Source: Lama guanicoe (taxonomy: Eukaryota). From it: a DNA stretch of 64,000 bases. How positions within the stretch are numbered: position 1 is the stretch's first letter; the number at the start of each line of letters is the position of its first letter. Shown one piece after another: positions 26,241 to 39,782 of the stretch. Below the pieces are notes generated by a model that saw only the letters and a list, made by a program, of their open reading frames with translations, was not told the origin of the DNA and made no database searches. Location of the stretch: contig MU053379.1 of NCBI GenBank assembly GCA_013239625.1, positions 3,516,866 to 3,580,865 on the forward strand. The letters are read 5' to 3'. Both the position numbers and the translations under genes were made by a program.

Positions 26241-28409
26241 CACTCTTCCCCACACAACGTTTACGTGTATTTATCACGACTAATGAGCTTTTAAAAACCT
26301 TCTAAGCGTGGAGACCCTGTCTTGTTAAAGGCAGGGCTATTGCAGGGTGACTCCCTGCTGAGTGGGGCAGGCTAAGTGGACTGACTTCTCGATGGGTTGG
26401 GTGACATAGACCCTCACGAGCAGCCCAGAAGTGGAGCAGACCCCAGGGCCCAGCCGGGCGGCACGGGCCGAGTCTGCACGGCTGTGAGCACCGTGGGCCC
26501 CCATGTCCCACAAGTACACGGAGGGCAGAGCCTACGAGCCTCTTACTATGAAGCTGGACAAATGTTTGTTTCCAGCCTTGACCTTGATTTCCTAGCTTTG
26601 CAATTTTTAGGCTACTAACCAGTTGGCCTACATTTTTCTGTACGAGGGGAAGGAAGCCAGGCTAAGCGGCATGTTGTCAGTTACTGTCGCAGAGTGGACA
26701 CCCCCTCCAGCTTGTTTCAGTGCCACACACACACCAAGAGGGTAGGAAAAGTTTAATTACGTACATAATAGGCGGTCTCTGGGGAGAGGTGGGCAGGCAC
26801 GCAGCGGGGTTCGAAATGGCTGCAGAGAGTGAGGAGAGGGAAGAGGGTCCCTGCGCGTGGGCAGGGCCTTGCCTGGCCTCAGTCTTCCTCTGGTGCCAGT
26901 GGAGGGAGCAGCCGCCCGGACGCGGGCAGGGGGGCGGAGGGAGGGGTGTGGCTTGAAGGCTGAGAGCAGTCAGAGTCCCACTGAAACCCCCAGTCCCTGA
27001 ACGGTGACGTCTGCGTGTCCTCGGGCTCCTGGAGCGCTGGCAGTGGCAGCACCTTTGCAGATGGAAGCGCTCACCCCGCACATGCAGGCTCACACGCACA
27101 GGTGTCGCTGCAGCTGCTGATGGCCAGAGACAAGCCACAGCCAAAGGCCTTTGAAAACTAGACCTGTGTGTGTCAGGAGCCGCAGAGAGCCGCGTGGTGG
27201 GTGCCGACCACGCCTCAGGTTGCTTGAGGGCGCGGTCTTTGAAGCGGACTTTGAATGACTCCTCAGCCACGCTGACTCCTTAGACTCCTCTGACGATCAG
27301 GCCTCAGTCTGAGTGTTTCCCTTACGTGGTGATGTAGTTGCTCATGTCCTGTGAATCAGATGTCAGCAGTGCCTTTGTTTCTAGAATGCTGTGTGTCAAA
27401 GCTTGGGCAAACTGTTCCCTTTTGTGAAAACTGCATTTGTGGATATGTGATTTGCTCATTTCCTCCTGAAATCACTCCATCCTTTCAGTAATTTTGTTCC
27501 CCCTCTTCAGGCGGCAGTTACTGCCCTTGGCTGCTTGCTTTTCAGACATTCGGCTTTCTCAGTGACCACTGTCAGTGATGCAAACGGACATAGTGGGGCA
27601 TTTATTTATCAGATATTCTTGCCTTTGTTGAGAGTACAAATGGCCAGTTGATTTCAGTGGTTCTTTGACTTACATTAGTCACATGTATCTTTGTGAACAT
27701 ATTTAGCTCTGAGATAAATCTGGCTTCATGTCCAATAAATAAATTCCAAGGCCTGAATGACTGGTTGAGAAAACTGGAGAATCAAGTATTACTCATTTTC
27801 CCACCACTTACTGCTAGGCGATGTGGTTAATTTCCACCTTCCGTCAAAGCCTGTCATAGACCAGGCTCTTGGCCCTAAGTGCCATTTGTAGCTGTTTCTT
27901 TTTAAGGAGTCACTTCTCTCTCCTTTTGTTTCCGTATCACTGCATCTTCTTTAGTGCTTTGATCTGTGCTTCCAACGTGGGTTTTTAACTGCATGGACAG
28001 TTTGCTTTCTTTTTCAAGGTATTACTCAAGTGCCTTTTGCTGCGTAAGTCCTTTTTATTCCACTTTCCTGCTTATTGGAATTCCAAACCAGAGATTTCTG
28101 TGAGAGCAGCAGGCGTGTCCCCCTGGGGTCAAATTCACGGAGGTGAGTAGTTTCTCTGCTAGACATATTTGGCAGATACAAAAAGTGTTCATATAGGAAC
28201 CTCAGAAGTTAAAAGTAGGGAAATAATGGTCCTTGGTCCAGTTTTCCTGAAAAATGTTGAGTAATTTCACTTAAAATGGGGCAATAATCTTCTAATCAAA
28301 AGAGTGATGTTGGCTCCCTGCCCTTAAAACCGGAAACTCGATAGTAAAATACAAAGAGACTGTGCCATCAGTGTTAACGTAGATTAGATTTGTTTCTCTT
28401 TTTTTGATT

Positions 28410-28606
28410 ACAAAAATTTTTTATTGAAGTATAGTTGGTTTATAATGTCTTGTTAGTTTCAGGTGTATAGCAATGTGACTTAGTTTTATATATATACACA
28501 CACATATATACATATATACATATACATACATACATATAATCTACTCTTTCTCAGAGTCTTTTCCAGTATAGATTATTACAAGATATTGAGCTTAGTTCCC
28601 TGTGCT
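28410..28606 (-). mobile_element. Short L1 3' end
   Basis: ttttattgaagtatagttggtttataatg...gttagtttcaggtgtatagcaa...acaagatattgag. Confidence 0.8.
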
Positions 28607-29240
28607 TGTTGGGAAATTTATTTATTAAGTTAAATGAAATTAAATCACTAAGCTCTGAACTCAGAAAAATTTCAGCAAGCGTGCTTTACGATCCTGACAG
28701 AACCTATGCTGTAACATGCCCATTGTAATGATCAAAATCCTCTATGAAAATTATAGTTAACATACCTAGTCGTCAATTATTGAAAGATAACTATAAATTC
28801 TTCCCTATGAAAATAAACATACTACTAATATGGTGATGAAATATCACTGTAAAGATATAATCAGACAAAGCTTCCAAGAAAAGCTGTCTAAAATGTTCAA
28901 CTTTAGTGCAGTATGATGGTTCAACATCACCATTTAATGTTCGAGTTTATGCCTAAATTCATAAGGTACTATGACAATGTCAGATATTACCTCATTCACC
29001 ACTAGAATGTTTCTGTTGCCTTTTAAGAGATCTGAATAAATCATGGAGCCTTGCTCAGATGCGGCTACATGAGTGAATAATTACGTATTTCTCTCGGTCA
29101 GTGAATCAGATTCCAGCTTGTGACTGTATGGTAGCTTAAAGCGTGTGGAGCGGCTGGAATTTGGAGCGCCATGATGTTGGTACGTTTCTACGGTGTAGAA
29201 TCCTTACCTCTTCTATTCTGAAATTCTAAAACTCCACTGC

Positions 29241-29663
29241 TGTGGTGGTTAATTTTTTGTGTGAACTTGGCTAGGCCATGGTGCCCAACTGCTTGGTCGG
29301 ATGCCAGCCAAGTTGTTGCAGAGAAGGTAATTTTTTAGATGTGATTAGCATCTAAATCAGTAGACTTTGAGTTAAGCATTTTACCCTCCATAGATTGGGT
29401 GAGCTTCTTTAAATCAATGGAAGGCCTTAGGAGAAAAGAATGAGGTCCCCAGAAGAAGGAAAATTCTGTCTCCAGACTGTGTCCAGACTCCAGGCTGCAA
29501 CCTCAGCAGGCGCCTGGCTCTCTAGCCGCTGCCTCCTCCGCAGGTGTCCGACTCACAGCCCCCACCTCGACGTGACCCGATGCCTTGGAGTAAACCTCTC
29601 TCTCTGTATATGTGTACATATATTCTAGTGGTTCCCTCCCTTCGCAGAACCATAACTGATACA
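29241..29663 (+). mobile_element. MLT2-like ERVL solo LTR
   Basis: TG...CA termini (tgtggtggttaattttttgtgtgaacttggctagg...aactgataca) and a near-perfect 5-bp target-site duplication actgc/actgg. Confidence 0.85.
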
Positions 29664-29679
29664 ACTGGCAATTTAAAAA

Positions 29680-30010
29680 TGAATAATCTAAAATATAAAC
29701 GACTCCTAGAAGAACATATAGGTGGTAAGCTCCTTGACATTGGTCTTGGAGATAGTATTTTGAATCTGACTCCAAAAGCAAAGGCAACAAAATGAAAAAT
29801 AAACAAGTGGACAACAAACAAAAAGCTTTTGCACAGCAAAGGAAATCATCAGCAAAAAGAAGAGACAATCTACCAAGTGGGAGGAAACTTGCCTTATTTA
29901 TGATGTTAAGTTTTCCAGTTCATAAACGTGCTGTGTCTCTCCGTTTGTTTAGGTCTCTCAATGCTTTATAGTTTACTTTGTAATGATTTTACACATATTT
30001 TGTTAGTTTT
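29680..30010. mobile_element. L1 ORF2 fragments in opposite orientations
   Basis: Plus frame LLEEHIGGKLLDIGLGDSILNLTPKAKATK (to ~29885), then a minus-strand L1 fragment. Confidence 0.65.
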
Positions 30011-30349
30011 ATTTCTTTTTTTATTAAAAAAATTTTATTCCTAGGGTAGAAAACTAAGAATAAAAGGAAACTTCCTCAACCCAATAAAGAGTATATACAA
30101 AAAACCCTACCACTAATGTCAACCTTGGTAAGACTGTGTGCTTTCTCCCCTCACACCGGGAACAAGGCAAGGAAGTCCATGCTTACTATTACCTTTTGAC
30201 ACTGTAGTGGAGATCCTAGCCAGTGCCGCAAGGCAAGAAAAAGAAATAGACATGTGTCTTGCAAAGGAATAAGTAAAACTACATCTGTTTGAAGATGACA
30301 TAATTGTCTGCAGAAAATCTCAAGGTATCTTTTAAAAAAGCTACCAGAA

Positions 30350-31457
30350 ATCTATGGAATGGGAAAAATATTTGCAAATCATATATCTGATGAGGAATTA
30401 ATATCCAAAATATAAAAGAAGTCATGCAACTCAATAGCAAAAAAACCCAATCTGATTAAAAAATGGGAAGAGGATTGGAATAGACATTTTTTCAAACAAA
30501 ACATACAGATGGCTAACAGGTACATGGAAGGGTGCTCAACATCCCTGGTCATCAGGAAAATGCACATCACAATCATACAATCTCACCTCATATCTGTTAG
30601 AATGGCTATTACCAAAAAGACAAGAAATAAGTGTTGGTAAGGATGTGGAGAAAAGGGAATCCTTGTGCACTGTTGGTGAGGATGTAAATTAGTGCAGTCA
30701 CTATAGGAAGATTATGGAGATGCCTCAAAAAATTTAAAACCCATGTGCCTCAACGATTCCACTTCTGGGATTTACCCACAGGAAATAAAATCACTAGCTT
30801 AAAAAGGTATCTGGACCCCCATGTTCATAGCAGTATTATTTACAATAGCCAAGATATGGAAGACATGTCAGCCAAGAAAGCCAAGACAACCACTAGTTGT
30901 CCATTGATGGGTGAATGGATAAAGAAAATTATTAATATTCAGCTATGAGAAAGAAGGAAATCTTGCCATTTGTGACAATGTGAATGGACCTTTAGGGCGT
31001 TATGCTAAGTGAAATAAGTCAGAAAGAAAAAAGTAAATACTATATAACCTCATTTATATGTGGAATCTAGGGGGAAAACCCCAAACTCATAAAGAACAGA
31101 TTGGTGGCTACCAGAGGAGGGGGGCTGGCATAAAGGGAGTGGCGGGGGAACTGGGCACAGGGAGTGAAAGTGGTCGAAGCTGCAAACTTCCAGTTATTCA
31201 ATAAATAAGTCCTGGGGTTGTGATGGACGGCACAGTGACTATAGTTAACAATACTGGACTGACTGCATATTTGAAGGTTGCTAAGAGAGAAGATCTTAAA
31301 AGTTCTCATCATAAGGAAAAAGTTGTAACTATGTAACTATGCATGGTGATGTTCACTAAACTTATTGTGGTGATCATTTTACAGTATATACATATATCAA
31401 GTCATTATGTTGTACACCTAAAACTGATATGATGTTATATGTCAATTGTATCTCAAC
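30350..31457 (+). mobile_element. Nested younger L1 (ORF2 end plus 3'UTR)
   Basis: Starts at a WEKIFAN-type segment and ends gtcaattgtatctcaa; flanked by a diverged duplication ttttaaaaaagctaccagaa / ttttaaaaaacctgctagaa. Confidence 0.85.
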
Positions 31458-31604
31458 TTTTAAAAAACCTGCTAGAACTAATAAGTGAATTTAGCAGTCA
31501 TAGGATACAAGGTCAACATACAAATATCAATTATATTTCTATACACTAGCAATGAGCAATTAGAACATGAAATTTTAAAGAGACACCATTTACAATAGTG
31601 CTGA

Positions 31605-31785
31605 AAAGATTTAAATATAAATTTAAATATAAAAATATTTAGAGTTAAATATAAATATCAAATCAATCATTAATTTAAATTAAATTTATTTAAAGTTATC
31701 TAAATTAAATTAATTTTATTAAATCAAATGTTTATATTTAAATATAAATTTAAGTATAAAATATTTAAATATAAATTTAACAAAA
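31605..31785. repeat. AT-only low-complexity expansion (tttaaatataaa-like units)
   Basis: Repeated tttaaatataaa units, almost no G or C. Confidence 0.85.
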
Positions 31786-33409
31786 TAGAGCAGTATTTGT
31801 TTCCTTAAAACTACAAAACACTGATGAAAGAAATGAAAGATTAAATAATGAAGATATATATCATTTTCATTGGAAGACTCAATATTGCCAACATGGCACT
31901 TCTCCCTAAATTGATTTAAGACAATTCCAGTCAAAAATGCCAGCAGAACTTTTTATAGAAATTGATAAACTTATTCTATAATTTTGTAAGGAAAGGCAGA
32001 GGATTTAGAACAATAGCCAAAATGATTTTGGAAAAAAAACAGAATGAAGTTGGAAGAACTAACACTACTTGATTTTAAAGCTTATAATAAAGCTACCGTA
32101 GTCAAGGTAGTGTGATGTTAGTGAAATAATAGACACATAGACCAGTGGAACAGAATTGAAAGTCCAGAAGTAGACTCACAGGTGACTTATATTTTTGCCA
32201 AAAGTGCAAAGGAATTGGACAGGTGGACAACCATGTGTAATAAAATGAATTTGATCCATACCTTGTATTCTATACAAAAATCAACATATAATAGATTATA
32301 GACCTACATAAACATATAACCTAAAACAAAAAATCTTCTAGAAGAAAAGAGAAAATTTTTGTGACTTTGGCTTAGGCAAAGATTTCTTAAATAAGCGTGA
32401 TCCATAAAAGAAAAAAAATGATAAATTGTCAAAACGGGAAACAACACAAACGCCCCTCGGCTGGGGAACGTATGAAAAAGCAGTGGTACATTCGTCCTGC
32501 CTGCAGCCGCATGCATGAGCTTCAGATGCATTGTACTAAGCGAATGGGGCTAGTTTGAAAAGGCTGTGCGCCCTGTGTGGTTCCACCGCGTGGCGTTCTG
32601 GAAGAGGTGCCTCTGTGGTGACAGAGAGCTGGTTACTGGTAACACTGGGGGAATGGTCTGACCACAAAGGAGGAGAAGAAGGGACTTTGTGGGGTGATGG
32701 AATTGTTCTGTATGGCTGTCTCCATTTGTCAAAACTGAACCCTAAATAGAGTGAATTTTACTAGAATAAGTTATACTTCAATTTAAAAGGCTTCTCCAGT
32801 GGGATGAGGTCATGAACGTTAGAACTGCTGAATCATCCCCAGGGCATCTTTTCCATTCAGCGCTACACTGCCTTCCGGGCAGACGGCCCATCCCTGCGGG
32901 AGACTGCCCCCCCCCTCCGCTCCTGCACAGCGGTGGGGTTTTCAGTTGTTTTGATAGTTGCCAGACTGATGAGTAGAAATGATACCTTGATATGGGTTTA
33001 TTTTCATTTAAAAAATTTCAGGTGAAGCCAAATATGTTTCACGTTAGTCATGAATAATCTTAATTTTTCTGAATTATCTGTTGTCTTTTGTTCCTTTTTC
33101 TGTTAAGGTTTTTGTCTACTTTTTTCCCTTTTTGATTTATAAGTGCCTTTCAGTTTTTAAGAATAGTAACTCTTCTGTCATTTGACTTTAGCTTTATTAT
33201 TTTAGACTTTGCTTTGAATTTTTTACTGATTAATGTCTTATTTTATAACTTTTATTGTTATTACTTTTAGTGCAATATTGTCAGAAAATATGCTTTTAGT
33301 GTGCTTATGTGTTTTCTGTAACCTAATAGTTGGTCAATTTTATAAATGTTCCTAGCACAGATGATGCTGGGTAAGAAGGTAAGTTCTGTTATTTAAAATT
33401 TTTTTAGCA

Positions 33410-33670
33410 CTTTACTTTTTTAGAGCAGTTTAATAGGCTTACAACAAGATTGAGAGCTAAGTACAGCGATTTCCCACGTACCTCCTGCCCCGCACAGCCA
33501 CAGCCTCCCCCGTCATCTACATCCCCACCAGAACGGTGTGTTTGTCACCAGGGATGAGCCTGCACTGTCATAATCACCCAAAGTCCATTGTTGACATCAG
33601 TGTTCACTGTTGGTTTTGTACGTTCTATGGGTTTCGACAAATGTAAACTGACATATATCCATGCAGAGTA
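33410..33670 (-). mobile_element. L1MC-like 3' end
   Basis: ttttagagcagttt...aagtacagcgatttccca...catccccaccagaacggtg...aatcacccaaagtccat. Confidence 0.75.
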
Positions 33671-34029
33671 TTTGGTTTTATGACCAAATATTTTAATTCT
33701 ATTTTAATTTTGGGGGGTGCAAACTACCGTTTCCCTGTATTATCATTTCTCTCTCTTTTTCCTTTCTTTAACCAGACGTCTATGAAGTATGAATTTAATG
33801 GGTTATTTTTACAATAAAAAAGGAAAAATATATCAATTAAGTCAATATTGTCAATTGAGATGCCTGGTTGGCAGATTATGGATATTGTGCATTTTTCTTT
33901 GACTGTGGGCATTCTCATTTTATGTCGCTGATAATGGGAAACAGGTTTCAAACAAGTCCGGAGTGGACTGTAAATTCCAAAGGGCCTAGGGTCATGCGGC
34001 AGACATGCCCAGCTTCCGCAAAGCAGTCC

Positions 34030-36000
34030 CCTGGGGTTTTGATGGGAATTGTGTTGAACCGATAGGCCAATTTGTAGAGAATTATCCTTCTGACAATATT
34101 GAGCTTTGGCGTTCATGAACATTGTTTAGGTCTTTAATTTTAGGATTTTCAGTGCACATGTATTGCATACACTTAACTAAGTTTTATCTCTAAGTATGTT
34201 TATTTTTGCATTATTGTCAGTGCAAATATAAATACAATTGACTTTTGGATATTAACCTTGCATCCTGTGACTTTGTGAAATTCAATTATTAGTCCTATCG
34301 TTTGTGTAGATTTTTTGGAGTTTTTACATATATGGTCACATCTGTGAATACAGACAGTACTGCTTCCTTTTCAATCTCTGTGCCCTCTGTTTCTTTTTTG
34401 TGCCTTAGGACGAAGATTAAGAAAGACCCCTAGCCCCATCTTGAGTTGTCGTTCTAAAAGGGGACGTCCTGGCCTGGATCCCAGTCTTGGGGGCAGCAGC
34501 CACCCTGCCACTGTTAAGTGAGATGTTAACCGTACAGTACAGCATTTGCTAGTGCTCTTTATCGACATGAAGACATTTTCTTCTAGTTCTAGGCTGTTGA
34601 GAGTTTTTATCCTGAACAAATGTTGAATTTTTTTCAAATGCTTTTTCTGCGTAAATTGAAATGATACATGTTTTCCTCCTTTATTCTGTTCGTATGATTA
34701 AATCACAGTGGTTATTTTTTAAAAGTATTAGTTAGTTCAGTTGGCCTTACTGGGATAAACCTCACTAAATTATAACATATTATCCTTTTTATAAAATGAT
34801 GGATTTCATAAATTTTACGGATTTTTGCATCTGTGTTCTTCTTCTCTGCTTTTGAGCTTTGAGTTTTTTCCCCCATCTGTTAGTTGACTGAAGTGTACCT
34901 TTTAATTCTTCTTTTTAAAGATGTATTTTAAAAACATATCCATAATGCTATTACCAAACATAAAAGTAAGCAATAATTCCACAGTATAAAAAGTATCCAG
35001 TCAGTGCTCATATGTGGGGAGACACACACACATACATATATATACGTGTATGTAAATGGGAATATGCTATGAACCCTTATTTTTACTTTGCTTTGTCACC
35101 TAACAGTGTCCCCTGGAGGCGACTCTACAGAGATACAGATCTATTTCCCATTCTCTTTCACAGCTGCGTGATATGCATTGTATGAGGGTGTCGCCTTTTG
35201 TTCACCTTGTCCCCTACTGATGGAGACTTACCTTGTCTCCAGCCTTTCGCTAGGACAAGTGTTGCTGCGGTGACTGGCATGTATCACTTCATGGTTTTGC
35301 CAGTGTGTCTTTGGGGTAGATTCCTCGAGGTACGATCAAAGGGTGGCCGCATGTGGAACTGTGCTGCGCGTTCCCAAGCTCCCCTCCAAAGGGGCTGTAC
35401 CATGTCCTACACCATCATTGTGCAAAAGTGCCTGTTGGCGGACAGAGCGTGCCGGAGTTTGCACGATTGCCAATCTGATAAGTGAGAAGTGGCTTTTCAG
35501 TATTGTTTTAACTCATATTTCTCTCGTGAGTGAGGTTGAGCATCCTTTCGTGTGGTTAAGAACCACTTGAATTTTTTTTTCTGGAATTGTCTGTACATAT
35601 TCCTGGTCTATTTTTCTACAAGGGTTTTGGCTTTTTCTCTTCTGTGTTCAGAAGCTGTTACATATGAAGGGTGTCAACCCTGTGCCTGTGATGGAAATAG
35701 CAGACGTGTCTTCCCAGTTGGTCATTTGTCTTTTTACTTTGCTAATAATATTTTGAACATGCAAAACTTTTTGATTTTTATTTTTAGGTAATGAATATAT
35801 TTCTTATTCTGCCTGGATTTTTTAGCCACAGCCTCACTCCCAGGTTATAGAAAAACCCATCGTGTTTTTTCTAGTATTTGCAGGTTTCGTATTTTTTATG
35901 CTGAAATTGTTCATCCATTTCGAGTTTACTCTGATGCATGGTGTGAGGAAAAGATCCCATTGTAGCTTTTTCCATACGATTGTCTAGTGGTCCTTCTGTG
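34030..36000 (-). mobile_element. Old L1 ORF2 and 3' fragments
   Basis: ttttgatgggaattgtgttgaa, tgttgaattttttcaaatgcttttctgc and gaggttgagcatcctttc motifs; minus frame KKIQHLFRIKTLNSLELEENVF. Confidence 0.7.
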
Positions 36001-36709
36001 CCTTCTAATTTCTGCTAACGCAGCTCACATGCTGTCCTCATGATGCGCTGAATTTCCACGTGCAGTCGGCTCTGTGTTTGTCCTTTTAGAGAAGAGTATG
36101 TGACGGTGTATTTGGGGCCTCTGTATGACAACTCCGTGTGGCCTTTACACATCTTCACTTGTTGCCGAGTCTTTGGTTCACAGCCTTTCCCCTTAGTGTC
36201 TGCAGACACTTAGACCCTAGTGTCAGCTGTGCAGAGAAATCTGGGGCCAGGCTCATTTTTGGTACTTTGTAGATAACCATTTTTTATGACTGAAATATAG
36301 GAGTTTTTGGTCTTTATAATTTAAAGTTGCTCTTAGATTTTTGCCACGTGTGGTTTTCTTTTCACTGATTATTTTGATCTGTGTTGCCTTGATCTTTTTT
36401 CAGCTTTAGGAAGTTGGTTTTTTACATCTTTGGCTTTTCCTGTTTAATTTGGTCTAGTCTCTCAAAGGCAGCGGTTTCCCCCAAATTGACTTTCCAGTCT
36501 CTTTCTTCCATTTGCATCGCCTTCTTCCTCCTTCATTTCGCTCTTTGTTAGCCGCTCAGCTTGCACCATGGGAGAGTGTCTTCATTTTGTCTATGCCCCC
36601 AGTGTGATTTTCCACATCATCAGTCCAACGCCAGTCCTCTACACTAGTGCGTTTTAATAACTGCGTTTTTAGTTTCCGTGCAATTACCCTTTGGTCAACC
36701 TGTCTGTCA

Positions 36710-36910
36710 TGGGCACTAGAGTCAGACAGACAGACGGACCTGGATTCAGATCACTGCTGTGACATTTACAGCTCTTCGTCTTGAACACGTTACTTCACTT
36801 CTTGAACCCTCAACTGTCTGACTGACAATAGGATGGCTTTTAGGAGTGGACAGACAGTGTATACACTGTGTCTGGCATACAGTAAGTGCTCAATAAATGA
36901 TAGCTATTAT
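36710..36910 (+). mobile_element. MIR SINE
   Basis: ctagagtcagacag...cctggattcagatc...gttacttcacttcttgaaccctca...ctggcatacagtaagtgctcaataaatgatagctattat. Confidence 0.75.
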
Positions 36911-37619
36911 CAAACCTTTATCCCACTGCCTGTTTAGCTCTTTCTAAGTGGCCTTTTAATCTCAGCCTATTATTTCCGCACAGAGTTCTGCTACCATCTC
37001 TAAAGGTAATATCTTCTCGCACAGCAACAAAATCTTACTAAAAGTTCTTTTCCTTATCCTGAACTATGTCACTTCCAGAGAAAGAACCTTCTTGTGGGTC
37101 ATGTAGAAACAGCATTCCTTCCCCTCCTTAGTTGGGGTGCGGGTCCTTCACTTCTGTTTGGACGAGGCGAGCTGCGTTCTGTCTGATGTGCCGAGCGGAC
37201 GGTGTGAGTTGCGCCCTGGCTGGGCCCCTGTCCCCCTTCCGAGGCCCAGTGCAGCTCTCAGACTAGGTCCAGTGCCCCTTGTCCTCCTGTGAAGTAGCGT
37301 CACCTTTGTCCCACAGCTCCTGGTCCTCTGTGACTCCGAGTGGATGTGTCCGCAGAAGCGAAGAAAGCCATGAATCAGAGAGCACTGTCACGGAGCCTCC
37401 TGCGGGCTTCCCACCCGGCTCGCGAGGGAAGCTCACCCTGCGGCCCGCTGGCCTCTCCCTTACCCCTTTCCTCCAGCCACCCTTCCTGAAGATGCTTTTG
37501 TTAAAATCACCTTCTTTTAAAAAAGATATTAAACAGCATTAGTTTATTTATTCTTCCATAAACATTTCACGTACTTTATTGTACTTTTCCTATGAAAGTC
37601 CTTGCTTCATAACAATGGA

Positions 37620-37896
37620 AGTTCCTTGTATATTTGGCTCCCTTTCCTAAATTCTCTGCGCCTGGAGGGCAGGATCCCGGTTTGAATTAATTGTGTAATT
37701 CCCACAGCCCCCTGGGGGGCAGAGGGGCAGCACTGAGCCCAGTGGGGACCTGCTCAGCGAGTCGCCGTTTTTGGACTTCCTTCTTTTCTCCCTTACTTCC
37801 CGGCCTAGCGTGCTTTCCCGGCTCACCTCCCTATAAACCACTTGCACTGAGATCCTCGGCTCAGGACCAGCTTCCGGAGGAACCCAAACTGAAACA
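37620..37896 (+). mobile_element. LTR16-like ERVL LTR fragment
   Basis: 3' end ctccctataaaccacttgcactgagatcctcggctcaggaccagcttccggaggaacccaaactgaaaca matches the recalled LTR16 terminus. Confidence 0.65.
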
Positions 37897-39459
37897 TCTG
37901 TTAATGCTTAATGGCATTTACTGCAGGGTGAGGGCGAGAAATCGTCACACTAATGGTCATGTAATAAAGCCATACTGAGCATCAATAATGTCCTGTCTGT
38001 GACTGGATGCACTTCCCTTACGTGCTGTGAAGACATTTTATTTTGGAAATGGCTCATGCATTGTTTAGAAGATTCTTTTTTTTTTTTTAATAAAAGCACT
38101 TAACACATGCCGAATGTAAGAAATAGGGAAAATCTTACATAAGCTACAGGAAAGTTCCTATTAAGTACGAGTGAATCTAAAAATAGTTTGTCTTCTTTGA
38201 TTTTTGAATTCTAAAGAAGACAAAACAAACATAGACATACAGGGAGGTTTGAATATAAATAAGTTTTAGTCACTGCTTTCTCTGTGTTGTACTTTTATGC
38301 TCAGAAAACACCTGAAAATTGTAGTTGCTTATACAGTCAGTCGCTTGACAATAATCCCGGAAAATCATCCTTATCTTTCTTTTATAAGGCGTTCCAGGAA
38401 CAATCAGGTCAATGGAGAGTCCTAGGTGCTGCTGAGAACCACCAATTTTGTGACAATCATTGAAATTGTGCTGCATTCCAGCTGCTTTGAGGACAGACAA
38501 ACAAAGCAGGATGTAAATAACTCTCTTTATTTTTCTCGTTTCAGCTTTTTTTTCCGTCTCCATGTTAATCAAATCCAACGTTACTGAAGACGATGTGGCA
38601 CAGAAAGCTCGGTCTGGTTTTTCCCAGGCGGTTGTTATTTTACAATAATCTGGCAAAATGAGGGCCAGTATTTATTCAGTGCCAGTGCTCGTCTGCGAGA
38701 CATTGTCCCTCTGCGTTACTTACAATACGTGAAAACCTACTTAGCACACGTGGAGAAATACAATATATTCAGCAATCAAAGACTGGAACATGACTGCCGG
38801 GTACTAAGTAAGTGAGCGAGGGCTGTGAAATGGCCTTTCAGGGGGCACTTCTGGCAGCCCTGAGCGATGGTACAGGACCCTCTCCCCCAGGGGCAGCGTC
38901 CAGCGGCGAGAGCAGAGCTCCCGGAAGGCTGCTGCCCTCTGCCTGGAGGACCTTCGGCAAGTCCGTTCATCTCCTTGCGTCTCAACTTTCTTTTCTGCGC
39001 GTTGAAGGGTTTCTGCCAGATGCTCCGTGAGTTCTCACTAGGAGCTTAAAGTCAGTGTCTGTTTAACCGACAGAGTGACCCAAAGTACTTACAGCACGGC
39101 TCACCTGGCAGGAGCTGGGTTATGGGGACAAAAGAATAGAATGGCGAATGAAGCGAATTGAGCGGTTCCTTCCACCCATCCTTCCACGTCAAGGTGTGAT
39201 CCCAGCTCCGCAGCAGCTCAACCCCAGAGAGGAGGACAGGGAAGCGGAAGGTGGGGCCTCAGACAGCGCAGTATTCAGGGCCGGCAGAGGGAAGCACCGA
39301 CCTGGAGGCCAAGGCCTTACGCATGGAGCCAAAAATGGACAGTTGAGAAAGGAGTGAAGAGCTGTAAGAGGGTAACGGGGCTCCCAACAAAGGCACTCCA
39401 AAAGAAGAGCCACCGCCTTCGTTAGAAGTGTCTCGGGGCAACCACCATAACCGCAGCAA

Positions 39460-39780
39460 GCAGAGATGAGCGTCACTGAGCCATCTGTTGCGAGCCTACC
39501 GCGTGCCTGGGAGCTCCTGCAAGTCACACATGGGTCATACGTAGCGCTGCCTCCCAGGAGTTTACAGTCTGGAGACACAGGTATGTGCACCATTAATTGG
39601 CTCTGCTCTAGTCTGCAGATCACATGAAAACAGGTGTCTCAGTCAAGTGCCGAGGGGGTGCAGAGAATTAAATCTGGCTCAACTAAACGGGGAGGGTTAA
39701 GGAAAGGCTTTGGAATGGAAGCGACTTTTACCCGGGCCTTGAGAGATGAGTAGGGTTGTCAGGTGGGGATGACGGAAGAG
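39460..39780. mobile_element. L2 remnant
   Basis: cactgagccatctgttgcg...ctgcctcccaggagtttacagtctggag...ttaaggaaaggcttt...gggccttgagagatgagtagg. Confidence 0.6.
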
Positions 39781-39782
39781 CA

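Larger units (their letters stand above)
30050..32790 (+). mobile_element. Old L1 (ORF2 RT region to 3'UTR) interrupted by a younger L1
   Basis: ctgtttgaagatgacataatt (degenerate LFADDM) at ~30285; the host resumes at ctagaactaataagtgaatttagc ~31472 and continues to the 3'UTR. Confidence 0.8.

Noticed and set aside
38270..38656. 128-aa minus-strand ORF
   Set aside because: TTG start and no recognisable family; better explained as non-coding, motif-rich sequence.
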